A program made the position numbers and the translations under genes. DNA of 64,000 nt. It comes from Octopus vulgaris. Lineage: Eukaryota. The notes under the pieces were generated by a model. It was given only the letters and a program-made list of their open reading frames with translations, made no database searches and had not been told where the DNA came from. This document shows, piece after piece, positions 12,059-25,379 of the stretch (within the stretch, counting starts at the first letter, position 1; the number at the start of each line of letters is the position of its first letter). The stretch is from NCBI GenBank assembly GCA_951406725.2, contig OX597830.1, positions 16,678,001 through 16,742,000 of the forward strand. The letters are read 5' to 3'.

Positions 12059-12798
12059 CAGTTATTTAATAGGAAGTAATCGAAACGAGGCAGCAAATAA
12101 TTTCTCTTATTTCATTTTATATTGGTCGCGTGGCATATTCTCGAAGTCATTACTAAATGGGTATAGTTGATATTGAGAAGGTTTAGTAGGAACACATTCC
12201 TACTAAATCTTACGAGCCAGAGTAGATGTGAGGATATGTCGTGGACTAATAAACCTTATTTATTGATGGCAAACGAAAATGACATGGAACTTAGTTGGGA
12301 TCTTTTCGGTTTGAACGGCAGTTTTTAACATAATTTCTAGGTAACTAAAAACATTCTGTGCCGTATGAATATGTCCCTCGTTTAAGAAACAGATTGGGTT
12401 TATTAACATTTGTGAAGAAAAAAAGATACCCTTCCCCCCACCCTAACCCTAACCCTAAAACAGATTGAAATGCAATAGATCGATACTAGGGTCATAATTA
12501 TGGGTGACAATTTCATATGACACCGCTAGAAAAAACTGCCGTTCAAACCGAAAAGATCCCAGTTATTTAATAGGAAGTAATCGAAACGAGGCAGCAAATA
12601 ATTTCTCTTATTTCATTTTATATTGGTCACGTGGCATATTCTCGAAGTCATTACTAAATGGGTATAGTTGATATTGAGAAGGTTTAGTAGGAACACATTC
12701 CTACTAAATCTTACGAACCAGAATAGATGCGAGGATATGTCGTGGACTAATAAACCTTATTTATTGATGGCAAACGAAAATGACATGGAACTTAGTTG
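12059..12798. repeat. Direct duplication of a 239-bp spacer (12059-12297 / 12560-12798)
   Basis: Near-identical sequence, only a few substitutions. Confidence 0.92.
12298..12559 (-). mobile_element. Chimeric, internally deleted family M MITE
   Basis: Left flank CTTAGTTG (as copy 12799), right flank CAGTTATT (as copy 11644). Confidence 0.88.
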
Positions 12799-13210
12799 GG
12801 ATCTTTTCGGTTTGACCGGCAGTTTTTAACATAATTTCTAGGTAACTAAAATATTTTAAACTTCGTATACTGGTAGAATGTGTTTATAAAATATCTTTTT
12901 CTCTTGGCTTTATTGACAAAATTCTATAGTTTGTAAGATATTTGTTGTTTTTTTTTTCTTCAATTTCTGCAATTTCAACCAATCAGTGACGTCCATTGAG
13001 GTAAATAACATTCTGTGCCGTATGAATATGTCCCTCATTTAAGAAACAGTTTGGGTTTATTTACATTTGTGAAGAAAAAAAGATACTTTTCCCCCACCCC
13101 TAACCCTAAAAGAGATTGAAATGCAATAGATTGATACTAGGGTCATAATTATGGGTGACAATTTCATATGACACCGCTAGAAAAAACTGCCGGTCAAACC
13201 GAAAAGATCC
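12799..13210 (-). mobile_element. Merlin-type MITE (family M)
   Basis: TIRs; left flank CTTAGTTG, right flank AAAACGTT. Confidence 0.92.
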
Positions 13211-13448
13211 AAAACGTTTGCTACCTTCTTATAGCGTCTACACGCGGGAAAAATAATTTTCTCTGAAGAACCGACATCGTTCGACCGGTTATGAAATCGC
13301 GACCGTTTTGACTTCTTTTCTGACGTTAAATTTAGCGCTATCTGATTTGTACTTTTATATTATACTAGCAGTATCGCCCCGCCTTGCTCGGGTTTGCTTC
13401 GACCCTTTAGAATTGGAATTTTTGAAAAGTAAAAATTTTGCATTATTA

Positions 13449-13796
13449 TTGGTAGAATGTGTTTATAAAACATCTTTTTCTCTTGGCTTTATTGACAAAA
13501 TTCTATAGCTTGTAAGATATTTGTTGTTTGTTTTTTCTTCAATTTCTGCAATTTCAACCAATCAATGACGTCTATTGAGGTAAAAAACATTCTGTGCCGT
13601 ATAACTATGTCTCTCGTTTAAGAAACAGATTGGGTTTATTTACATTTGTGAAGAAAAAAAGATACGCTTCCCCCCACCCCTAACCCTAACCCTAAAACAG
13701 ATTGACATGCAATAGATCGATACTAGGGTCATAATCATGGGTCACAATTTCATATGACACCGTTAGAAAAAACTGCCGTTCAAACCGAAAAGATCC
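13449..13796 (-). mobile_element. Family M MITE lacking one TIR
   Basis: Matches the consensus to ...GAAAAGATCC; right flank CTTAGTTG. Confidence 0.88.
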
Positions 13797-13980
13797 CTTA
13801 GTTGAAGGTACCTGATAAAATACACCATTGGAACGAAAACTGAAATGATGCCAATATGATGCTTGAATTCTTATAATTACTGGTGTGTTCCAGAATGCCC
13901 TGTAGTATGTTTTCAGCGAGGGACAATTTGGGACTTTTAGTCTTGGGTCACATAAACTTACTTTTTCCAGAACCTCTTTA

Positions 13981-14400
13981 GGATCTTTTCGGTTTGAACG
14001 GCAGTTTTTTCTAGCGGTGTCATATGAAATTGTCACCCATAATTATGACCCTAGTATTGATCTATTGCATTTCAATCTGTTTTAGGGTTAGTTAGGGTTA
14101 GGGGTGGGGGAAGGGTATCTTTTTTTTTTTCACAAATATAAATATACCCAATTTGTTTCTTAAACGAGGGACATATTCATACGACACAGAATGTTTTCAC
14201 CTCAATAGACGTCATTGATTGGTTGAAATTGCAGAAATTGGAGAAAAACAACAACAAATATCTTACAAACGCTAGAATTTTCTCAATAAGGCCAAGAGAA
14301 AAAGATGTTTTATAAACACATTCTACCAGTATACGAAGTTTAAAAGTGTTTAGTTACCTAGAAATTATGTTAGAAACTGCCGGTCAAACCGAAAAGATCC
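13981..14400 (+). mobile_element. Merlin-type MITE (family M)
   Basis: Both TIRs; flanks CCTCTTTA / GTCTCGTT do not match. Confidence 0.9.
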
Positions 14401-14458
14401 GTCTCGTTTATTGTTTTCTATAAATTTGTGATTATATGTCTCCTTTACTAATAAATAC

Positions 14459-14728
14459 GTGGAGGCGCGTGGCTTAGTGGTTAGGGGTGTCAGCATCATG
14501 ATCGTAAGATTGTGGTTTCGATTCCTGGACCGGGCGACGCGTTGTGTTCTTGAGCAAAACACTTCATTTTCACGTTGCTCCAGTCCAGTCAGCTGGCAAA
14601 AATGAGTAACGCTGCGATGGACTGGCGTCCCGTCCAGCTGGGGAACACATACGCCATTGAAACCGGGAAACCGGGCCCATGAGCCTGGCTAGGCTTTAAA
14701 AGGGCGCATTTATTATTATTATTTTTTT
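14459..14728 (+). mobile_element. tRNA-derived SINE family C
   Basis: Matches 9996-10305; flanking duplication TTTACTAATAAAT. Confidence 0.9.
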
Positions 14729-16794
14729 TTTACTAATAAATGAACAATAAATAAGGTTATCGGTCATAGTCTTTCGTAGGTAGTTAATTTGTGCTCTATG
14801 GAATAACGCCAATCTCAACCTACTACCCTAGACAAAAGCTTTTCAAAGTTTTTTTTCTCACTGACATCATTCCATTTTATAAAGTGAGGCTCCAAGTTTG
14901 ATAAAAGCTTGGAAGCCCCTTGTTAAACTATTACATCACAAAAATCGAAACGTTTTACAGTTATTTTTAAGACTTTACAAATGTGGTCTTAAACTTTAGC
15001 TCATGTGGTCTTAAACTTTAGCTCATGCTTAAATCCGGCATTACTTCCAGCATGGAAAAATGAGGTGAAAATACAAACGCAGATACGGCATAAATGTGTG
15101 GAATCAATTTTTTAATAAGATTTATTTCTCTAAAGGAGTTGTTGACACTGTAAATAGACCAGTTCCCTTCTGTTGTTATCACAAGAGATTAAAAGACTGA
15201 TTAAAATGTGTGGCGATAGGTTATAAAATTTCTTTTGTAGTTTTTTTTTTTTGTATATAGATTTTGGAATCTAATAATAGTACATAAACAACCTAAACAT
15301 TATGAAACCTAGCTTTTAATAAGTAATTGCTGTTTAAGAAATGTTTTAAACACCAGAAGAAAACTTGACAGTTGCGAAGTCGAAGTTATAAATTTTCTCT
15401 TTTTTGAGAAACAAAACGAAATGGTTTTGTCGTTAGAATATACTTGCTAGTAAATAAAAATATGCTTGTAAAAATAAACAACAAAATCATTTTAAAGAAA
15501 TTCTGCAGTATCCGAGGAATCCAGTCTTACGTACATTAAGTTCCCTGTCAATCTTGATTTAGCTTTTCATAACATGTACTTATTTTCAAAAAATATGTCT
15601 CCTTTTTTATATTCTGCTGGAGTGACTTGCTTTATGAAAGAAACTAGCCATCCCATAATTCCGTGATCTTTTTGATCTAAATCATGTTCAATGTGTTCCG
15701 AGTTAGATTTGGCTAGATGATTATGCTTCTTGGCCTTTTTATTGGCAAATTTTAGCTCTGCAAATTTAATTTTTCTACCGCGTGTCTGGGACCTCGTTCG
15801 TGGACCTTTTCTTTTTGTTACTTTTAATCCACCCTTCATTTTGTCAATTTCTTTTGATTTATATCAGAAATTGATATTTTCGTCGAAATTCTATTGTAGA
15901 AAAAAAGCTAAAATAACTTTCAACATGTAAGCAGCAAGAATTAATTATAACATTTTAAAAATATTATTTTGCCTGACGTCATAGATAGTTTTCTGCGTCA
16001 TAAAACAGAAAGACACCGGTTCTTATGTACTTGTCTTTGAATCCATACTTATGAAATTTTAATTTTACCGTAATGAAAAATTGGTCATCTAATGCTTGCT
16101 CCACACAGTCAATGAGGGTAATTTGGGACGTGATTATTGTTAATTGAAAACTATTGTGGCTATGAATTGAAATATCATTATGAATAATACTATTAATATC
16201 AATATTGATTTCTCACATAAACACGGGCACACAAATTGGGATAGGATTGTAATCAATTAAATCAATACGAGTACATATCTGGTACTTATTTTATCGATCT
16301 CGGAAGAATTAAAAGGCCTAACCGATCTCGTGGGATTAACTCTGTACATAAAGAGTCGACTCGTAACTATATAACAAAATAGTATTTTGTTTGAATAAAT
16401 GTTCAAGATATTTTTAACGATTATTAAATATTTACATCAAAACTACTTTTCGATTGGTTTGATCGATGATAGTGATCCAATGTTTTATTCCTGGATTGGA
16501 ATTGAACCAAATTCTACCGTGTCTTGGGGATTTTTTTTCTGAGAAATTCCAATCTGCAATATCAGGACTGTATATAAAACTGACACCACATATCACAGTT
16601 TCCTCACCAAAGTTAAACCAACTCAGGAATGACTAGAATATAAGGCCTGTGTTTGTAATATGCAATTCATTTGCAAAAGATCCTATAAAAAGAAAATTGT
16701 ATGGTTCCTAAATGTCGAAATAAAGTAAGATCGAAATGTCGTAATAAAAGGAGAAATATTTAAGTCAGGAATGGTTGAACATATATCCTTTCTG

Positions 16795-16981
16795 TTATCC
16801 TTTACTTGTCTTAGTCACTGGAATGCGCCCATGCTGGAGGCTCCACCTTGAAGGGTTTAGTCGAACAAATCGACCAGAGTACTGAATTTTAAGTCCGGCG
16901 CTTAATCTATCGGTTTCTATTGATAAACTGCTACGTTACGAGGACTCAGACAGCATCAGTTGTCAATCTGGGTGGGCAAGT

Positions 16982-17023
<42 letters not shown>

Positions 17024-17155
17024 CGAGCTTCTACACAATTTCTACCTGTCAAATTCATTCAAACGACAATGATCGGCTGGAGCTATGGTGAAAAAAAAAC
17101 CCACTTGTCAACGGCGCCGCGCAGTGGGATCGAGCCGAAAACCACGTGGTTGCAA
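16795..17155 (-). mobile_element. Old diverged SINE A-related copy
   Basis: Recognisable CCATGCTGGAG...TTTAGTCGAACAAATCGACC and CGCAGTGGGATCGAGCC segments. Confidence 0.65.
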
Positions 17156-18366
17156 AATAAGCAAAAATAAGTACGTGCTCAGGGCATCAAGGGAAGGGTG
17201 TAGGCACCACAGAAATGGTTAATGGTTTACGGCACAAAAGAAATCCCTTTAAACTTGCTGAAATAATTTTCTAATTGTTTTATACGATTGGGAATATAAT
17301 TTCGAAGTGTTCATGGTATCATTGTGAGGATCCTATCAAAGACTTTGCAATTAAATAAAAGTAGGAGAAAACTTTTCAAATATAAATAAAGTGGAAGTCT
17401 ACAAAAATAAACATTATTTCCCATCTTGTTGTTTGTTTTGTTTCATTTTGAAAAATAAAAATTTATTTTATGTTTTATTATTGATTTTATTTAGAATTAC
17501 ATATATATGGGGGCAGCAAAATCTTCAAAGTGCTTAGGGCCTCTCTGGGTCTTAATCAGGTCCCGATTTTGATACATAATAAGATAAAGAATACTTAAGG
17601 AATACTTAAGGAAGCGGGAGAAATAAAACGCGGAAGAAAATTCTAGAGAAATCAAACAATGTCGGTACCTTGTTCCTATCAGAACTCACAGGAAAATCTA
17701 TAGAATTCTTTAAAAGCATAGTCGTCCTCAAGTTTATGGAAAGACCTCAACATTGATTTCTAAAGATGTGTTAAAATACGATGTTTATTTGGTGTAAGTG
17801 GAGCAGTTCTATTGGTGGAGTGCAATATATATTCTAAAAGAGAATCGCAAGAATATCCGTAGGGAAAAGAAACGGAAGCAAAGTTATGTGGCATCTTGTT
17901 CTTTGCCACATATGGGCGTTCCCAAACAATTAATTTACGGCATTTGCCCGAATTCTTTTGATAAAAAATTCAAAGAATGAATTCCTTGAACAATAGTGGG
18001 GATGAACAATAGTTATTGTGTACTAGTTATAATGTGATTAAAATTATCAAACGTTGCCGTGAGATTCAGGGATTCGTTAAGCTTGTATTCGGTTCCACAA
18101 ACTGCTGTGTTACATAAATGTCTCCCTTGATAAGACGCAATAATTTTGAAATCGATTCGTACTTCTTCAATCATAAAGGATGTCTGAATATTTGAGATAA
18201 GAGAATGTCTACAGTAGCAGAGAAATTATCCACTTACCTCAGCAAAGCTATCAGCGTCAGTGATACTACACAGGCGGCGATTAAACGATAAAACTCTTCA
18301 AATACGCAAAGTACATCATAATTAAACAAAAAAGAACACTACAAAAGATTTAAAAAATGGAAATGT

Positions 18367-18433
<67 letters not shown>

Positions 18434-18848
18434 AAAGAGCGGTGAGGAGGGATACTTCGCTCATCAGGTTGAGAAAAAGAAACAAATTTATAAGTAATTA
18501 TCGTCAAATTGTTTATCAGATCACCAAGAAGTGGTGAAGAAAGCTGAGGCTGTATCCAAAAAGAAAGGGAAAAGATCCAACAGACACATTTGTATAACCA
18601 ATTCCAATAGATCCTGTCTCGAAGAGTGGAATTAGTCGATGAAGTGTTAATCGGAATATAAGGAAATTAATTTTCATAACAGTACAGACACTGAGGATGT
18701 TCCTCTGAAAAAAAAATGGTTGAATGAATGATATTAAAATTTTATTTTCTTGTCTCCAAGTATACGAGTCTTGTTTGTATTTATTCCAAATATGTTTGTG
18801 TATATTTCGGGGTGTAATCTTGTGTTATAATATCCTTCACAGATTACA

Positions 18849-18914
<66 letters not shown>

Positions 18915-19046
18915 TATTTGTCGGTTAGTAAGGCAACCAATGGTTTGGTGTGAAGAGCTTCACATGAAACAATTGGTTGCCTTGTTAACCCACATATAAA
19001 GAATATTTATCCACAATTCCGGTGTTGAGCACTCGTTCTTATTGTA

Positions 19047-19081
<35 letters not shown>

Positions 19082-19429
19082 TTTGGACTAATAGGTATAT
19101 GTTGATCAGTGTGTTACTGTGTTGAGTAAAGCAATGGTACGGTTTGGGCTACCTGGCGTCACCCCCAGTTGGGGTATATTTTCGTTGGATCTGCTTCAGG
19201 AATTTCACAGTGTTAGTTGAGATCACAATAACTGATTGAGTAACCCGAAGATGGATTTAGTATTTGTTTTTATGCATGGATGTTTCTGATGTGACCCAGA
19301 CTGCAAAATAGATGCGGCACAACATGATGCACAGAATCCCACCCATAAAGGCCAGTAGCAGGATGGGTCGAAACGATTGCCGTACAAAATAAAGACTAAT
19401 GCCAAGTCAATCTTCTGGTTACTTAATCA

Positions 19430-19486
<57 letters not shown>

Positions 19487-19499
19487 TGTGATATGTCAG

Positions 19500-20165
19500 G
19501 TTACTTGTGAGGTCTCTCACAAGTAACCTGCTACCGGTAAATGGAATCCAGTACAACCTATTGTATTGTCGGGTCGTCGGCGACTAAACAAGCATACCCC
19601 ACTAGGCTTCCCTAGTGACGGGGATCGCTAGAAACCCAGCAGGACTAAAAACAAGATATGTCAAAAGACAGATGAATCTAGTGTGAGGGCCCATGTTATT
19701 GCTAGATAGTTGTTGAACATAGTATAAGTTCAACGACTATCTAGGAATTGCAAGAGCCCTCAGAAATTCTGGGTGGGTGTCCGGCGTGCTGGAAGACTAC
19801 TGGGGGTGAGGTAACCCTAAGTTTTTGCTAAAGCATGTCTCTAGGAAAAGGTTATTCTGATATAAAACCAAATGTTCAGGGAATGGCATTGAACATTTTG
19901 GGTGTCTTTTACTTACGCTTGAGGTTATGGCGCACCCATATTCCTGAGTCTGCGACCCATATTAGTACTGCCTATCTTACCCTTGCTTGTATCTGGATCA
20001 GGTCAGTAGAGTGGAGAGAGTTTGTGAGGTGCTGTGCAAGCTCCCATTAGACCAAAAACTTTAGGTTATGCCTTCGCCGATGACGCCATTATCCGATACC
20101 TGGTCAAGTAAGAGAGCGCCACAGCAAGCATGGAATCTGTGGACATGAACCTGGGCGAAGCCGAC
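19500..20165 (+). mobile_element. Possible degraded non-LTR retrotransposon remnant
   Basis: GC-richer island; YAFADDAII at ~20067 resembles the RT FADD motif; no continuous ORF. Confidence 0.3.
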
Positions 20166-20454
20166 TGCGAGTGCAATAAACTCTATGCTCAGGTACAGCT
20201 GGCATTTTGCAAGGACTTTATACATATAGTCAATTTAAATAAACAAACAATTCAAATAAACGAATAAAAAAACAAAGAAAAACGAACGTGGCGTCGTGCA
20301 CAAGTAATGTATTAACTTTGACGCTCGGTGAAAGGAGAGAGTTTGACGTTTCGAGCATAGCTCTTTGTCGGAAAGGAGAAAGGGAAAAGTCCAATGATAG
20401 AGAAGAAATCGCTAACGGCACAGGTGTGGTTACTTAGCTTATCTTCCATCTGTT

Positions 20455-20826
20455 CCAGTTAGTAGAGTGCGGCCACGCTGGGGCACTGCCTCGAACTTTT
20501 AGTCGATTGAATCGATCCCAGTATTTATTTTCTATTATTAAGCCTGGTATTAGTTTTATCGGTCTACCTATGCTTAGTTACAGGAATGTAAACACACTAC
20601 CACCGGTTCTCAAGCCGCGAAGCACAAACACGCGCACACATGCACACATGTGCACACACGCACGAACGCACACACACACACACACACAACACACACACTT
20701 CATTCAGTTTCTGTCTACCAAATCCACCCACAACGCTTTGGTCAGTCCGAGGCTATAGTAGAAGACACTTGCTCAAGGTGCCACACAGTGGGACTGAACC
20801 CGGAATCCTGTGGTTGTGAAGCAAGC
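20455..20826 (-). mobile_element. Diverged SINE family A
   Basis: TCAGTTTCTGTCTACCAAATCCAC...GGGACTGAACCCGGAA. Confidence 0.8.
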
Positions 20827-21064
20827 GTATGTATGTATGTATGTATGTATGTATGTATGTATGTATGTATGTATGTATGTATGTATGTATGTATGTATAT
20901 GTTCTTCCACAGGCCTCCAATTATTCAACAGTGTACGGTTGCTACTTTACTGACTACTATCATTATGCAAATCGTTGTTCTTCCATATACTTCGATTCTT
21001 ACTTAGACGACAGCTATACTTCAGGAAAAAAAATTATTCGCAAAATTCATTCCCAAATATTGTG

Positions 21065-21534
21065 ACATGAATGAACATTGGATTGCACCTAGAAAGTTAC
21101 CCTCCGAAGTACAAGTCTAGGCAAGGTTGTTTATGGAAGACCAGCAGTCACCCATGCACACCAGCCTCCCCTCTCCATACCACCGATGTTATCCAAGGGA
21201 AAGGCAAAGGCTGATACAGCTTGTCACCAGTGACGTCGTAGCACTCCACAGACACGTGTACCTTTAACGTAGTTCTCGAGGGAGATTCAGCGTGACACAG
21301 TGTGTGACAAGGCTGGCCCTTTGAAATACAGGTACAACAGAAACAGGAAGAAAGAGTGAGAGAAAGTTGTGGTGAAAGAGTACAGCAGGGTTCACCACCA
21401 CCCCCTGCCGGAGCCTCGTGGAGCTTTAGGTGTTTTCGCTCAATAAACACTCACAATGCCCGGTCTGGGAATCGAAACCGCGATCCTACGACTGCGAGTC
21501 CGCTGCCCTAACCACTGGGCCATTGCGCCTCCAC
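21065..21534 (-). mobile_element. tRNA-derived SINE family D with tail type X
   Basis: Head GTGGAGGCGCAATGGCCCAGTGGTTAGGGCAGCGG...GGTTTCGATTCCC; tail shared with 52478-52780. Confidence 0.85.
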
Positions 21535-22011
21535 ATTCCCAAATATAACACACCCTTTTTAAAAATCCTATGTTAATTATATTTCTTTTCTGTAGGTCCT
21601 AAATGATTTATAGATCAGTTTTTCAACATTACGTAGGTCACACTTTTTTTTTTACACTTCATCAAACCTCGGTCTCCTACAATCATTTCATTCTTCATAG
21701 GTCACTGCCCCATCACAGATTATCAGTTAATTCTTGCAGATATTTTTACGCTGTCGACATTTCACAACTCTACCACAGACCGCATACCACAATCCTCAAC
21801 AGACTAACAATTCCTGCACAGTTAATTACTACCAAAGATCCGGATTTATTTTTGCGTCTCTCGCTAAAATTTAGAAGCCCAATAGTTTAATAATTTGAAA
21901 TTTATTCTTAAATCCAGTAAATATTAAATTATTTGAATATTTTAAGGTGTATCCAATCCAAACGAGAAATGTTGCTAGAAAGTTGAAAACATTTATATAC
22001 ATATATATATA

Positions 22012-22443
<432 letters not shown>

Positions 22444-22477
22444 CATATATACTTCATACAAAAAGAAAAATAGTAAT

Positions 22478-23620
22478 GTTTATATGTCAACAGAATGTGG
22501 CAGTCCTATAAAGGACGATGTTACTTTTGTTTTTGCCCCAGGAAAAGATCTTTTCCATCTGACTGTCAGCATACAGTCTGTGTCCGTATAGAATTTGCAA
22601 GGGATCTCATCGCTCCCATCCCTAGCCTTGCGTTATACTTACAGACTTAGGCTTCTTGGTGGTTACCTGTCCTCAGTGTTTGGACAATCACTGGCTAGTG
22701 ACGGAAACTTTCTCCATTCGCAAATGCTATTTATTCTTTGAGCGACGCACAGTCACTAATCTCGTATAGCGAAAAAAAAAACTTGTTTTAAATCGCTGAA
22801 CGAGAGATATGCAGTAACAGTACCGAAGAGTAAAGTTTATTTGCCAACAGAATGTGGCAGTCCTATAAAGGATGAGATCAGCGACTGTGCGCCGCTTAAA
22901 GAATATATAGCATTTGCGAGTGGACAAAGCTTTCGTCACAACCCTGCGATTGTCTCACACTGAGAACAGGGGATCTTTTCGGTTTGAACGGCAGTTTTTA
23001 ACATAATTTCTAGGTAACTACAACATTTTAAACTTCGTATACTGGTAGAATGTGTTTATAAAACATCTTTTGCTCTTGGCTTTATTGAGAAAATTCTATA
23101 GTTTGTAAGATATTTGTTGTTTATTTTTCTTCAATTTCTGCAATTTCAACCAATCAATGACGTCTGTTGAGGTGAAAACATTCTGTGCCGTATGAATAAG
23201 TCCCTCGTTTAAGAAACAGATGGGGTATATTTATATTTGTGAAAAAAAAAGATACCCTTCCTCCATCCCTAACCCTAACTAACCCTAAAACAGATTGAAA
23301 TGCAATAGATCAATACTAGGGTCATAATTATGGGTGACAATTTCATATGACACCGCTAGAAAAAACTGCCGTTCAAACCGAAAAGATCCAGGACAGGTAA
23401 CCAACTAGAAACCTAGGTTTGTGAGTATCATGTAAAGCAAAGTGATAGGAGCGATGACCTCCCTTGCAAATGCTGTGTGTCGATAGCCAGCTGGAAAAGA
23501 TGTTTTCATGGAGTTAAAACAACAGTAGCATCGTCCTTTATAGGACTGCCACATTCTGTTGGCATATAAACTGTACTATTCGGTAGCATTACTGTATATT
23601 TCTCGCTCAGAGATTTGCAA
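22478..23620. repeat. Old inverted and partially direct repeat structure hosting a MITE
   Basis: 22478-22690 is inverted relative to 22948-22970 plus 23390-23571; CAACAGAATGTGGCAGTCCTATAAAGGA recurs at ~22488 and ~22845. Confidence 0.75.
22971..23389 (-). mobile_element. Merlin-type MITE (family M)
   Basis: TIRs; TSD AGAACAGG/AGGACAGG (7/8). Confidence 0.92.
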
Positions 23621-24096
23621 CAAATTGTTTTTCTCTAGAAAAGAACAACGCTTTATTTTTAGAAAATCTGTTTTAAATCAGGTCTATTACTTAAATTTGG
23701 TACCATATCAAGTTTCTGAAATATTGTCCGAAAGCCAACAATGGTTCGTAGCAAACTCTATTATGTCTTTTTTGCATTGTCACAGACAATTCATGTCAAT
23801 TTGAAATACGGATATTGGTACTGCTTATGCCGATGTATGGCTTTGGATATTGACTTGTTTATATGTCTATGAACTTAGTGCTGGAGATATTGGCTTCTGC
23901 ACTGAGTATTAGACTCCATGTATAATTATGTGTAACAATAAATAATGGCTTCTGTGTATGACAATGTGTATGCAACTCTTTGTGACAGTGTCTTGTATGA
24001 GTACATCTACGTATAATAATCAGTATTAGCTTCTGTGTATGCGTACATATTCTTTTATTCTTTCATTCGTTTCATCCCCAAAGCTGTGGTCATACA

Positions 24097-24097
<1 letters not shown>

Positions 24098-24127
<30 letters not shown>

Positions 24128-24813
24128 TGTATGTATGTATGTATGTATGTTTGTATGTATGTATGTATGTATGTATGTATGTATGTATGTATGCATGCAT
24201 GCATGCATGTATGTATGTATGTATGTATGTATGTATGCATGCATGCATGTATGTATGTATGTATGTATGTATGCATGCATGCATGCATGTAATGTATGTA
24301 TGTATGTATGTATGTATGTATGTATGTATGTATGTATGTATGCATGAATGCATGTATGCATGCATGTATGTATGTATGTATGTATGCATGCATGCATGCA
24401 TGTATGTATGTATGTATGTATGTATGTATGCATGCATGTATGTATGTATGTATGCATGTATGTATGTATGTATGCATGCATGTATGTATGTATGTATGCA
24501 TGAATGCATGCATGCATGTATGTATGTATGTATGTATGTATGCATGAATGCATGTATGTATGTATGTATGTATGTATGTATGTATGTATGTATGCATGCA
24601 TGTATGTATGTATGTATGCATGTATGTATGTATGTATGTATGTATGTATGTATGCATGCATGTATGTATGTATGTATGCATGTATGTATGTATGTATGCA
24701 TGCATGTATGTATGTATGCATGTATGTATGTATGCATGCATGTATGTATGTATGTATGCATGTATGTATGTATGTATGCATGCATGTATGTATGTATGTA
24801 TATATGTATGTAT
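24098..24813. repeat. (TATG)n/(CATG)n tetranucleotide satellite
   Basis: Visible; explains the MYVC/HTYI ORFs. Confidence 0.97.
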
Positions 24814-24940
24814 GATTATTCAGTTTATTTCAAGATTTCTTGCCAATAGAGAAAGAACCGGTTTCTAACCTAGACCAAAGGTTCCTTCATTGGAATTTCA
24901 ACATCAACAACAGGGTATTTTTATATGCCAATATGTCATT

Positions 24941-25172
24941 AAGGCGGCGATCTGGCAGATACGTTAGCGCGCCGGGCGAAATGCTTAGCGGTATTTCGTC
25001 TGTCGTTATGTTCTGAGTTCAAATTCCGCCGAGGTCGACTTTGCCTTTCATCCTTTCGGGGTCGATAGATAAAGTACCAGTTTCGCACTGGGGTCGATGT
25101 AATCGACTTAATCCCTTTGTCTGTCCTTGTTTGTCCCCTCTATGTTTAGCCCCTTGTGGGCAATAAAGAAAT
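24941..25172 (+). mobile_element. SINE family B
   Basis: AAGGCGGCGATCTGGCAG...GAGTTCAAATTCC...CAATAAAGAAAT. Confidence 0.9.
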
Positions 25173-25379
25173 ATATATATGTCATTATTTAATTTTATTT
25201 CAAGATTCTTGGCAATAGAGAAAGAGCTGGTTTCTAACCTAGATCCAAGGCTCTTTCATTGGAATTTCAATATCAACAACAGAATATTATCGCAAAGAAG
25301 TTCGGCTTGTGTACAATTCATTCGTTCTTTAATTGTAGAGCGAATTCCCATAAGAACAAGAAAAAGGTATTCCAAGTAA

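Noticed and set aside
21460-21534. tRNA gene candidates (also 14459, 26940, 33530)
   Set aside because: tRNA-like heads run directly into SINE bodies with tails or TSDs
24026-24868. Long overlapping ORFs up to 251 aa
   Set aside because: Translations of the (TATG/CATG)n satellite
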